A stretch of DNA of 64,000 bases from Eubacteriales bacterium (lineage in GTDB: Bacteria; Bacillota; Clostridia; Oscillospirales; UBA644): the NCBI GenBank assembly GCA_045635765.1, contig JAZTWH010000026.1, positions 17,783-81,782 on the forward strand, given 5' to 3'. The position numbers and the translations under genes were made by a program. The notes under the pieces are model-generated. The model was not told the origin of the DNA. It was given only the letters and a program-made list of their open reading frames with translations, and did not search any database. Shown here one piece after another: positions 37,213-45,665 of the stretch (its first letter is position 1; every line of letters begins with the position of its first letter).

Positions 37213-37713
37213 ATGGGTAAGTCCAAAATCTCGAAGGCACCCTTCAAGGGAACGCCCGAACAGGAACGGGAATTGCGTGATATTATCGCATCCCTGAAAG
37301 ATCAGCCCGGTGCCTTGATGCCTGTTATGCAAAAGGCCCAGGACATTTACGGCTATCTCCCCATCGAAGTCCAGACCATTATTGCGGAAGGGTTGAACAT
37401 CCCCGTAGAGGAAGTTTACGGCGTTGCCACCTTCTACGCGCAGTTCGCCCTCAATCCCAAAGGAAAATACGTGATCGGCGTTTGCCTCGGCACCGCCTGC
37501 TACGTTAAGGATTCTCAGGCCATCTTCGATAAATGTTGCGAAGTCCTGAAAATTAAGAGTGGAGAAATTACCGACGACGGTCTGTTTTCCCTGGAAGCCA
37601 CCCGTTGCATCGGTTGCTGCGGTCTTGCTCCCGTTATGACCGTCGGTGACGACGTTTACGGAAAGATTACCGCCGCCGACGTCCCCGGCATTTTGGCAAA
37701 ATATACGAACTGA
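37213..37713 (+). CDS. hydC: NuoE-like [2Fe-2S] subunit of NAD(H)-linked [FeFe] hydrogenase
   Basis: 166 aa. Thioredoxin-like 2Fe-2S motif CLGTAC...CIGCCGLAP. First gene behind promoter 37114..37142. Confidence 0.85.
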   Translation: MGKSKISKAPFKGTPEQERELRDIIASLKDQPGALMPVMQKAQDIYGYLPIEVQTIIAEGLNIPVEEVYGVATFYAQFALNPKGKYVIGVCLGTACYVKDSQAIFDKCCEVLKIKSGEITDDGLFSLEATRCIGCCGLAPVMTVGDDVYGKITAADVPGILAKYTN

Positions 37714-37717
37714 TTCA

Positions 37718-37744
37718 CCGGATTCGGTCGTGGACCGAACCCGG
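37718..37744 (+). other. Intercistronic stem-loop between hydC and the first DRTGG gene
   Basis: ccggattcggtc gtg gaccgaacccgg forms a 12-bp stem with one mismatch and a 3-nt loop. No U-tract follows. Confidence 0.5.
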
Positions 37745-37761
37745 AGTGGAGGAATCAACCC

Positions 37762-38118
37762 ATGAAAATCAGCACCATTGCCGATCTTCTTGAAGCAGAG
37801 GTCCTTTGCGGGGAAGATCTTTTGGAAAATGAAGTCCACTCGGCTTGCGGGTCGGATATGATGAGCGACGTTCTTGCCTTCGTCAAGGATCAGGCCGTTC
37901 TTCTGACCGGGCTTGTGAATCTCCAGGTCGTCCGTACCGCCGAAATGATGGATATGCGTTGCATCGTCTTTGTCCGTGGCAAAAAGCCGCCTCAGGAAGT
38001 GATCGAAGCCGCCGTGGAAGCAGGAATCGTCATTCTTGCTACGACCGAACGGATGTATCCTGCCTGCGGCAAGCTGTATGCCACCGGCCTTGTAGGCGGG
38101 AGCGTGTCTGCATCATGA
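37762..38118 (+). CDS. DRTGG-domain-like small protein
   Basis: 118 aa. The pattern SDMMSDVL..AVLLTGLVNLQVVRTA..IVFVRGKKP..AGIVILATT resembles the DRTGG fold (from memory). Its stop overlaps the next start (ATGA). Confidence 0.5.
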   Translation: MKISTIADLLEAEVLCGEDLLENEVHSACGSDMMSDVLAFVKDQAVLLTGLVNLQVVRTAEMMDMRCIVFVRGKKPPQEVIEAAVEAGIVILATTERMYPACGKLYATGLVGGSVSAS

Positions 38119-38552
38119 GTGAGCCTGTGAAATTTCATTTCAACGTGGAGGGAGATAATTTTTCATCCGCCGGAGAAGCTTCCGTAAAGGTGAAAAAGAT
38201 GCTCCGTCAACTGTCTATGGACCCCGAAACCATCCGCCGTGTTTCCATCGCCATGTACGAAGGCGAGATCAACATGGTCATTCATGCCAATGGCGGAACC
38301 GCCGACGTGATTCTGTATCCCGACCGGATTCGGATCGTTCTGGCGGACACCGGCCCCGGAATCAAGGATGTCTCCCTGGCCATGCAGGAGGGATATTCTA
38401 CGGCGAAGGATAACGTCCGCGCCTTGGGATTCGGTGCCGGAATGGGGTTGCCGAACATGAAGCGTTATACCGACCGGATGGAGATTGAATCTGAGGTCGG
38501 AAAGGGAACCACCGTGACGATGGAAGTTTTTCTTCCCGGGGCAACTGCCTGA
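38115..38552 (+). CDS. Stand-alone GHKL (HATPase_c) protein, SpoIIAB-like serine-kinase type
   Basis: 145 aa. N-box EGEINMVIHA, G1 DTGPGI, G2 GFGAGMGLPNM. No DHp/His box. Confidence 0.7.
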   Translation: MSEPVKFHFNVEGDNFSSAGEASVKVKKMLRQLSMDPETIRRVSIAMYEGEINMVIHANGGTADVILYPDRIRIVLADTGPGIKDVSLAMQEGYSTAKDNVRALGFGAGMGLPNMKRYTDRMEIESEVGKGTTVTMEVFLPGATA

Positions 38553-38586
38553 CGGTCCGGCCCTTTGCTGAAAGGAGGTTTTCCGT

Positions 38587-39891
38587 ATGTCGAATTTACA
38601 TTCCGTCTCCCTTCTGAGAGACCGTTGTAAAGGATGTACCGCTTGTCTGAAGCGGTGCCCCACGGAAGCGATCCGGATTCGGGACGGCCATGCCGTGATT
38701 CGCTCCGAGCGCTGCATCGACTGCGGCGAATGTATCCGAGTTTGCCCTCATAAGGCAAAAAAGGCTACTTACGACGACTTTTCTGTCCTCGACCGCTTCC
38801 GTTGGAAGATCGCCCTGCCTGCCCCCGCCCTGTACGGACAGTTTGAAAACCTCGAAGACGTGGATTTCGTTCTGACCGGCCTTTTGGGGTGCGGCTTCGA
38901 CGATGTTTACGAGGTGGCCCGGGCTGCAGAACTGATCTCCGAGTATACTCGTTGTTATCTGCGGCGGACCGATATTCCCAAGCCGGTGATCTCTTCCGCC
39001 TGTCCCGCCATCGTGCGGATGATCTCTGCCCGCTTTCCGTCCCTGTGTAAGCACGTGTTGCCGATGCTCCCCCCGGTGGAGATGGCGGCCCGCCTTGCCC
39101 GGGAAGAGGCGAAAAAGAACCACCCAGAGCTATCTGACGGCGACATCGGCGTATTCTTCATTTCTCCCTGTCCCGCAAAGGTCAGCTACATGAAGAATCC
39201 TATCGGAATTGAGAAAAGTGCCATCGACGGGACCCTGTCCATGAGCGACGTCTACTTTCGCCTTGTCCCGGTGATGAACAAGATCACCACGCCCATTTCC
39301 TTGTCCAAGACCGGGCTGATCGGGATCAGCTGGGCCGGGTCCGGAGGAGAAGCCTCCGCCCTGTTTAACGACAAGTATCTTGCGGCGGACGGCATGGAAA
39401 ACGTCATCAAGGTTTTGGACGAGATCGACAACGGCAATATTTCCGGGTTGGAATTCGTGGAGCTGAACGCCTGCAGCGGAGGCTGTGTCGGCGGTGCTCT
39501 CACGGTTGTGAACCCTTATATCTCAAAGGCACGGCTTCAGTCCCTTCGTCGGTACTTGCCCGTGTCTCAGAATCGGATCGGGTCGGCGTTGAAGCCGGAT
39601 TCTACGGAAATCCCCTCCGATTATCTTTGGAACGTACCATTAAAATATACGCCTATTTTGCAGTTGGATGAGGATATTTCCGCCGCCATGCGGAAAATGT
39701 CGGAAATTCAGCGGCTTCGGGGCCAGTTCCCGGACCTGGACTGCGGTGCTTGTGGCGCTCCCACCTGTCTTGCCCTTGCGGAGGACGTGGCGTGCGGCGA
39801 GGCCCACGAAAACGACTGCATTATGAAGTGGAAGGACGTGCTTTTGGGGAAACATTCTCCGGAAGACCCGTCGGGAGAGGAGCCGAAATGA
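38587..39891 (+). CDS. [FeFe]-hydrogenase-like H-cluster protein of the putative sensory type (HydS-like, M2e/group D architecture)
   Basis: 434 aa. N-terminal 2x CxxCxxCxxxCP. H-domain motifs SSACP, SPCPAKVSY and ELNACSGGCVGG, compared with the catalytic TSCCP, MPCxxKxxE and ExMxCxxGCxxG. C-terminal extra motif is C-x2-C-x4-C-x16-C (DCGACGAPTCLALAEDVACGEAHENDC). Confidence 0.8.
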   Translation: MSNLHSVSLLRDRCKGCTACLKRCPTEAIRIRDGHAVIRSERCIDCGECIRVCPHKAKKATYDDFSVLDRFRWKIALPAPALYGQFENLEDVDFVLTGLLGCGFDDVYEVARAAELISEYTRCYLRRTDIPKPVISSACPAIVRMISARFPSLCKHVLPMLPPVEMAARLAREEAKKNHPELSDGDIGVFFISPCPAKVSYMKNPIGIEKSAIDGTLSMSDVYFRLVPVMNKITTPISLSKTGLIGISWAGSGGEASALFNDKYLAADGMENVIKVLDEIDNGNISGLEFVELNACSGGCVGGALTVVNPYISKARLQSLRRYLPVSQNRIGSALKPDSTEIPSDYLWNVPLKYTPILQLDEDISAAMRKMSEIQRLRGQFPDLDCGACGAPTCLALAEDVACGEAHENDCIMKWKDVLLGKHSPEDPSGEEPK

Positions 39892-40220
39892 CCGCAAAGG
39901 AATTGAGGACGTCCCTGAATCTCCAAGTCCTGTCGGAGCCCGAGCCGGACCGGCCGGTCACCGGCGGTTATGCAGGAGACCTTCTCAGTTGGGTCATGGG
40001 ACGAGCCCGGTGCGGAGATGCCTGGGTCACCATAATGACCAACTCCAACGTCATCGCCGTAGCGGCTTTGGCGGATGTTTCCTGCGTGATCGTGGCGGAG
40101 GATTCCGCCGTGGATTCCAATTTCGTGGAACTGGCGGCAGAGAAGGGGATCAACCTTTATCACAGTCTCACCAATACCTTCGACCTGTGCCGCGGCATCG
40201 GTTCTCTGTTGGGCGTATGA
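39888..40220 (+). CDS. DRTGG-domain-like small protein (second copy)
   Basis: 110 aa. GDLLSWVM..AWVTIMTNSNVIAVAAL..VIVAED resembles the 37762 protein. ATGA overlaps at both ends. Confidence 0.5.
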   Translation: MTAKELRTSLNLQVLSEPEPDRPVTGGYAGDLLSWVMGRARCGDAWVTIMTNSNVIAVAALADVSCVIVAEDSAVDSNFVELAAEKGINLYHSLTNTFDLCRGIGSLLGV

Positions 40221-40942
40221 GCCGGTACTATTACGATCTGCATATTCACTCCTGCCTTTCTCCCTGTGCGGAGGATGACATGACCCCTGCCAACATCGCC
40301 GGCATGGCCTCCCTGAAAGGGTTGACCCTTTTGGCCTTGACCGACCACAATTCCTGCCGGAACTGTCCTGCCTTTTTCGAGGCCTGCAACGCCTTTGGAA
40401 TCGTGCCGGTCCCCGGGATGGAACTGACAACGGCGGAGGATATTCATCTGGTGGTTTTATTCCCTACCCTGGAGCAGGCCATGGCCTTTGATGCACAGAT
40501 CCATCCTCGGATCGTCCCCGTCAAAAACCGGCCTGAGATTTTCGGAAATCAATGGGTGGTGGACCGGAACGACAATCTGCTTGAAACGGAGGAGACGTTG
40601 TTGATCAACGCCACCGACCTGGACGTGGATTCTGCCATACGGCTGGTCGATTCCTTCGGGGGAGCCCTGTATCCCGCCCACATTGACCGACCGTCCAACG
40701 GCATGATTTCCGTCTTGGGCTCCGTTCCCAAGGAGTACGGATTTTCCTGTGTGGAGTTTAACGACGTGACACAGCGAGAACGGATCCTTGCAGAGCAGGG
40801 ATTGAATTGCATTACCCTGTGCTCCTCCGATGCCCACGATCTGGGCAGTATCCATGAGGCGGAGCATTTTATCGATCTGGAGGATGAGCCCTATTCTTCC
40901 GACCTGGTTCGCCAGCGGTTGATAGAGTCCTTGAAACGATGA
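40217..40942 (+). CDS. PHP-domain phosphoesterase
   Basis: 241 aa. YYYDLHIHSCLSPC..LTDHNS..GMELTT..SSDAH metal-ligand pattern of the PHP family. Confidence 0.75.
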   Translation: MSRYYYDLHIHSCLSPCAEDDMTPANIAGMASLKGLTLLALTDHNSCRNCPAFFEACNAFGIVPVPGMELTTAEDIHLVVLFPTLEQAMAFDAQIHPRIVPVKNRPEIFGNQWVVDRNDNLLETEETLLINATDLDVDSAIRLVDSFGGALYPAHIDRPSNGMISVLGSVPKEYGFSCVEFNDVTQRERILAEQGLNCITLCSSDAHDLGSIHEAEHFIDLEDEPYSSDLVRQRLIESLKR

Positions 40943-41502
40943 AGGAATTATCCCTGAACATTCTTGACATAGCCCAAAACTCGGTTTCTGCCGGTGCGAA
41001 AAACATTCTCATCTCCCTGGAAGAGGATGATGCCGGGATTCTGACCCTGATCGTCACCGATGACGGCAAGGGGATGGAGCCTGAATTGGTCCGCACCGTC
41101 ACGGATCCCTTCTGTACCACCCGGACCACCCGGAACGTGGGCATGGGGATTCCCTTGCTCAAGCTTGCCAGTGAACAGACGGGAGGCACTCTGTCCGTCC
41201 GTTCGGTTCCCAGAACGGCGGATCCCGTTCATTGCGGGACGACCCTTCAAGCCACCTTTGACACTGCCAGCATCGACTTCACCCCCCTGGGGAACGTGGT
41301 GGATACCATGGTGGTGCTGATTCAAGGTCATCCGGAGATCGATTACTGCTTTACACATTCTTCCCCCTACGGTTCGGTCCGCCTGGATACCAAGGAGATC
41401 CGAAGCGTATTGGGCGATGAAATATCCCTCGGGGAGTTCGAGGTCCTGGAATGGATCCGAGGCTCTTTGGAGGAACAATACCAAGCGTTTAATAAAAAAT
41501 GA
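40939..41502 (+). CDS. Stand-alone GHKL (HATPase_c) ATPase
   Basis: 187 aa. N-box LNILDIAQNSVSA, G1 DDGKGM, G2 GMGIPLL. No sensor, DHp or receiver domain. ATGA overlap with the PHP gene. Confidence 0.7.
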   Translation: MKELSLNILDIAQNSVSAGAKNILISLEEDDAGILTLIVTDDGKGMEPELVRTVTDPFCTTRTTRNVGMGIPLLKLASEQTGGTLSVRSVPRTADPVHCGTTLQATFDTASIDFTPLGNVVDTMVVLIQGHPEIDYCFTHSSPYGSVRLDTKEIRSVLGDEISLGEFEVLEWIRGSLEEQYQAFNKK

Positions 41503-41528
41503 ATCATAAAAATGGAGGCGTAACATTC

Positions 41529-41903
41529 ATGAAAACTCTCGCGGAACTTGAAGCCATCAGAGAACGGATGAGAGGAAAAGTCGCGGTTCGCGAAGCCAGC
41601 GACAATGCCACCCGTATCGTTGTCGGTATGGCCACCTGCGGCATTGCTGCCGGTGCCCGTCCTGTCCTCAACACCATCGCTGAGGAAGTTTCAAAACAGG
41701 GCTTGTCCGAAACTGTCACCGTCACTCAGACCGGCTGCATCGGCCTTTGCCAGTATGAGCCCATCGTCGAAGTGTACCAGCAGGGCAAGGACAAGGTCAC
41801 TTATGTCAAGATGGATTCCGATAAGGCCAAAAAGGTTATCGAACAGCACATCAAGGGCGGTAATGTCGTGGCCGATTATACCATTGCAAACAATGCGAAA
41901 TAA
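41529..41903 (+). CDS. Thioredoxin-like [2Fe-2S] ferredoxin (small hydrogenase-associated subunit)
   Basis: 124 aa from MKTLAEL (RBS GGAGG). Cys pattern ATCGIAAG ... GCIGLCQYEP. Confidence 0.75.
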   Translation: MKTLAELEAIRERMRGKVAVREASDNATRIVVGMATCGIAAGARPVLNTIAEEVSKQGLSETVTVTQTGCIGLCQYEPIVEVYQQGKDKVTYVKMDSDKAKKVIEQHIKGGNVVADYTIANNAK

Positions 41904-41918
41904 GGAGGAAGGAAATCA

Positions 41919-43742
41919 ATGATTCGCTCTCACGTTTTGATTTGCGGCGGCACCGGTTGTACATCCTCCGGCAGTGCGAAGCTGCACACCAAACTCGAAG
42001 AAGAAATTAAGGCAAAGGGCTTGGAAGACGAAGTAAAAGTCGTTCAGACCGGTTGTTTCGGTCTTTGTGCTCTTGGTCCCATTATGATCGTCTATCCCGA
42101 CGGTACCTTCTACAGCATGGTGAAGGAAGAGGATCTCCCCGAGATCGTAGAGGAACACCTGCTGAAGGGGCGTCCCGTAGACCGCTTGGTTTATAAGGAT
42201 AAGGCCGAAGAAACCTCGCAAAATGAAGAGGAAACCTATTCTCTGAACGATACCGCTTTCTACAAGAAGCAGATGCGTGTAGCACTGCGTAACTGCGGTG
42301 TCATTGACCCCGAAATTATTGACGAATACATCGCCATGGACGGTTACAAGGCTCTGGGGAAGGTTTTGACCGAAATGACCCCCGAGGACGTCATTCAGAC
42401 CATGTTGGATTCCGGCCTTCGGGGCCGCGGCGGCGCCGGCTTCCCCACCGGGATGAAGTGGAAATTTGCCCGCGCTTCCCAGTCCGATAAAAAATACGTC
42501 TGCTGTAACGCCGACGAAGGGGACCCCGGTGCATTCATGGACCGTTCCGTTCTGGAAGGTGACCCCCATTCCGTCATCGAGGCTATGGCCATTGCCGCTT
42601 ATGCCATCGGTGCAGATCAGGGTTACGTGTACATCCGTGCGGAATACCCCATTGCCGTAAAGCGTCTTTCCATTGCCATTCAGCAGGCTCGCGAATACGG
42701 TCTGTTGGGCGAAGATATTTTCGGTACGGGCTTTAACTTCAACCTGGACATCCGTCTGGGTGCAGGTGCCTTCGTCTGCGGTGAAGAAACCGCGTTGATG
42801 ACCTCCATCGAAGGCCGTCGCGGAGAACCCCGTCCCCGTCCTCCCTTCCCCGCCGTCAAGGGTCTGTTTGCCCAGCCCACCGTGCTGAATAACGTAGAAA
42901 CCTACGCCAACATTCCTCAGATCATTCTGAAGGGCGTGGATTGGTTCCGTTCCATCGGTACCGAAAAGAGCAAGGGTACGAAGGTATTCGCTCTGGGAGG
43001 TAAGATTACCAACACCGGTCTGGTTGAAGTTCCCATGGGTACTCCCCTGCGGACCATCATTGAAGAGATCGGCGGCGGTATCCCCAACGGCAAGAAGTTC
43101 AAGGCGGCCCAGACCGGCGGTCCTTCCGGCGGCTGTATCCCCGCAGAACATCTGGACGTTCCCATCGATTACGATAACCTGCTCGCCATCGGCTCCATGA
43201 TGGGCTCCGGCGGACTTATCGTTATGGACGAAGATAACTGTATGGTCGACATCGCCAAATTCTTCCTGGAATTTACCGTAGATGAATCCTGCGGGAAATG
43301 TACTCCCTGCCGTATCGGTACCCGTCGTCTGCTGGAAATGCTGACCAAGATCACCGACGGCAAGGCTACTCTGGAAGATCTGGACAAGATGGAAGAGCTG
43401 TGCCATTACATTAAAGAAAACTCCCTGTGCGGTCTGGGTCAGACGGCTCCCAACCCCGTTCTGTCTACCCTGAAGTTCTTCCGGGATGAATACGTGGCTC
43501 ACATCGTGGATAAGACCTGTCCTGCGGGCGTTTGCAAGAACCTTCTCAAGTACAGCGTCATCTCCGATAAGTGCTTCGGCTGCGGTATGTGTATGCGTGC
43601 TTGCCCTGCCAACGCCATCTACGTCACCGATTACACGGCTCCCGGCAAGAAGAAGCCTGCCGTTGCCATCGATACCGACAAGTGTGTTAAGTGCGGTGCT
43701 TGTATCGGTACTTGTAAGTTCAGCGCCATCATTAAGAAATAA
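41919..43742 (+). CDS. hydB: NuoF-like flavoprotein subunit of bifurcating-type [FeFe] hydrogenase
   Basis: 607 aa. N-terminal 2Fe-2S domain, FMN/NADH site GRGGAGFPTGMKW, ESCGKCTPCR cluster, and C-terminal 2x[4Fe-4S] (CFGCGMCMRACP, CVKCGACIGTC). Confidence 0.9.
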   Translation: MIRSHVLICGGTGCTSSGSAKLHTKLEEEIKAKGLEDEVKVVQTGCFGLCALGPIMIVYPDGTFYSMVKEEDLPEIVEEHLLKGRPVDRLVYKDKAEETSQNEEETYSLNDTAFYKKQMRVALRNCGVIDPEIIDEYIAMDGYKALGKVLTEMTPEDVIQTMLDSGLRGRGGAGFPTGMKWKFARASQSDKKYVCCNADEGDPGAFMDRSVLEGDPHSVIEAMAIAAYAIGADQGYVYIRAEYPIAVKRLSIAIQQAREYGLLGEDIFGTGFNFNLDIRLGAGAFVCGEETALMTSIEGRRGEPRPRPPFPAVKGLFAQPTVLNNVETYANIPQIILKGVDWFRSIGTEKSKGTKVFALGGKITNTGLVEVPMGTPLRTIIEEIGGGIPNGKKFKAAQTGGPSGGCIPAEHLDVPIDYDNLLAIGSMMGSGGLIVMDEDNCMVDIAKFFLEFTVDESCGKCTPCRIGTRRLLEMLTKITDGKATLEDLDKMEELCHYIKENSLCGLGQTAPNPVLSTLKFFRDEYVAHIVDKTCPAGVCKNLLKYSVISDKCFGCGMCMRACPANAIYVTDYTAPGKKKPAVAIDTDKCVKCGACIGTCKFSAIIKK

Positions 43743-43756
43743 GGAGGATTGTGGAA

Positions 43757-45496
43757 ATGGCTGATGTAAATCTGAAAATTAACGGCATCCCCGTAACGGT
43801 TCCTGCCGGAACGACCATTCTCGATGCCGCCAATAAAGCCGGTGTCCGTATTCCGACCCTGTGCTTTTTGAAAGATATCAATGCGATCGGTGCTTGCCGT
43901 ATCTGTATCTGCGAAGTCAAGGGTGCCCGTGCTCTTGCCGCCGCTTGCGTATATCCCGTAACCGAAGGAATGGAAGTTTTCACCGACACTCCCAAGGTCA
44001 TCGAATCCCGCAAGACCACCCTCGAACTGATCCTTTCCAATCACGATATGAAGTGCCTTTCCTGCCCCCGCAGCCAAAACTGTGAGCTGCAGAAGCTGGC
44101 CCTTGAATACGGTGTGGATTGCGACCGCTTCCAGGGTGCCAAGACTCCCTGCGAATTGGAAAACACCAATCCCTACCTGATTCGCGATAACGGAAAATGT
44201 ATCCTCTGCCGCCGTTGCTCCGCCGTCTGCCGTGCCAATCAGGGCGTAGGCGTCATCGGTGCCAACGAACGGGGATTCAATACCCACATTGGCTGTGCCT
44301 TTGATCTGGATCTGAAGGACGTTGCTTGTATCGGTTGCGGTCAGTGCACCGTCGTTTGCCCCACCGCCGCTCTCACCGAAAAGGATGATACTGCTGAGGT
44401 GTTCCGGGCAATTGCCGATCCCTCCAAGCACGTGGTCGTTGCTCCTGCTCCTTCGGTCCGCGTTCAGATCGCCGAAGAATTCGGAGAACCCATCGGCACC
44501 AACGCTGAGGGTAAGCTGGTTGCTTCTCTCCGCCGTTTGGGCTTCGATTCCGTGGTTGACGTTGACGTTGCCGCCGACGTTACCATCATCGAAGAAGGTA
44601 CGGAGTTTATCAATCGGGTTCAGAAGGGCGGAGCTCTGCCCTTGATTACTTCCTGCTCTCCCGGTTGGGTCAAGTACTGCGAACATTACTATCCCGAATT
44701 TATTCCCAATCTCTCTTCCTGCAAATCCCCCCAGGGAATGTACGGTGCTTTGATGAAGTCCTACTATGCGGAGAAGATGGGCTGGGATCCCAAGGACGTT
44801 TTCGTCGTCAGCATTATGCCCTGTACTGCCAAGAAGTTTGAACGGACGCGGGAAGGCTACAAGGTGGACGGACTCAATGATATTGACGCCGCTCTGACCA
44901 CCCGCGAATTGGCTAAGATGATCCGCAAGGTCGGTATTATCTGGGAAAAACTCCCCGATGAACAGTTTGATCCCCTCTTCGGCATTGCCACCGGTGCCGG
45001 CCACATCTTCGGTGCCTCCGGCGGTGTTATGGAAGCGGCTCTGCGTACGGTCGTCGAAACCCTGGAAGGCAAGGAATTGGCTTCCGTCGACTTCACCGAC
45101 GTTCGCGGAATGGAAGGCGTGAAGGAAGCCATCTACAACGTTGCCGGGATGGAAGTGAAGGTTGCCGTTGTCAGCGGTACTGCCAACGCAGGCAGATTGC
45201 TCGATAAGATCAAGGCCGGCGAAGCCAACTATCACTTCATCGAAGTCATGGCTTGCCCCGGCGGCTGTGTCAACGGCGGCGGCCAGCCTATTCACGACGC
45301 CTACACCCGTGCCAACGTGGATATTCGCGGGCTGCGTGCCAAGGCTCTGTACAATCAGGATGCCGCTTGTGCCGTCCGTAAGTCTCATGAGTCCCCCATC
45401 GTCAAGGAATTGTACGCCAATTACCTGGGCGAAGCCGGCGGCCATAAGGCTCACCACCTGTTGCACACTTCCTACGAACCCCGTAAGAAGTATTGA
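43757..45496 (+). CDS. hydA: [FeFe] hydrogenase catalytic subunit (multimeric NAD(H)/ferredoxin-linked type)
   Basis: 579 aa. N-terminal 2Fe-2S, His-ligated cluster and two 4Fe-4S motifs. H-cluster motifs TSCSPGW, MPCTAKKFE and EVMACPGGCVNGGGQP. ATG 43757 lies 8 nt after AAGGAGGA. Confidence 0.9.
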   Translation: MADVNLKINGIPVTVPAGTTILDAANKAGVRIPTLCFLKDINAIGACRICICEVKGARALAAACVYPVTEGMEVFTDTPKVIESRKTTLELILSNHDMKCLSCPRSQNCELQKLALEYGVDCDRFQGAKTPCELENTNPYLIRDNGKCILCRRCSAVCRANQGVGVIGANERGFNTHIGCAFDLDLKDVACIGCGQCTVVCPTAALTEKDDTAEVFRAIADPSKHVVVAPAPSVRVQIAEEFGEPIGTNAEGKLVASLRRLGFDSVVDVDVAADVTIIEEGTEFINRVQKGGALPLITSCSPGWVKYCEHYYPEFIPNLSSCKSPQGMYGALMKSYYAEKMGWDPKDVFVVSIMPCTAKKFERTREGYKVDGLNDIDAALTTRELAKMIRKVGIIWEKLPDEQFDPLFGIATGAGHIFGASGGVMEAALRTVVETLEGKELASVDFTDVRGMEGVKEAIYNVAGMEVKVAVVSGTANAGRLLDKIKAGEANYHFIEVMACPGGCVNGGGQPIHDAYTRANVDIRGLRAKALYNQDAACAVRKSHESPIVKELYANYLGEAGGHKAHHLLHTSYEPRKKY

Positions 45497-45511
45497 TTTT
45501 TCTGAAATGAT

Positions 45512-45547
45512 AAAAACGGTCCCTCCCAAATGGGGGACCGTTTTTTG
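45512..45547 (+). terminator. Intrinsic terminator after hydA
   Basis: acggtccctc ccaaat gggggaccgt forms a ~10-bp stem, followed by TTTTT. Confidence 0.85.
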
Positions 45548-45608
45548 GGAGAAAAAGAGCCTTTTTTGTTTCTTCGGGGGCTTTTTCGGGACAGTTTGGA
45601 AAAAGGAC

Positions 45609-45637
45609 TTGATTTTTTTTTCATTTTGTACTATAAT
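45609..45637 (+). promoter_or_regulatory. Sigma-A-type promoter for the DtxR-family gene
   Basis: TTGATT-17 bp-TATAAT. Confidence 0.55.
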
Positions 45638-45665
45638 AGAGGAAAGAACTTTTTTGAGGTGTGTT

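Noticed and set aside
41916-43502. 528-aa minus-strand ORF
   Set aside because: It is antisense to hydB (NuoF-like), which has clear FMN and Fe-S motifs. Shadow ORF.
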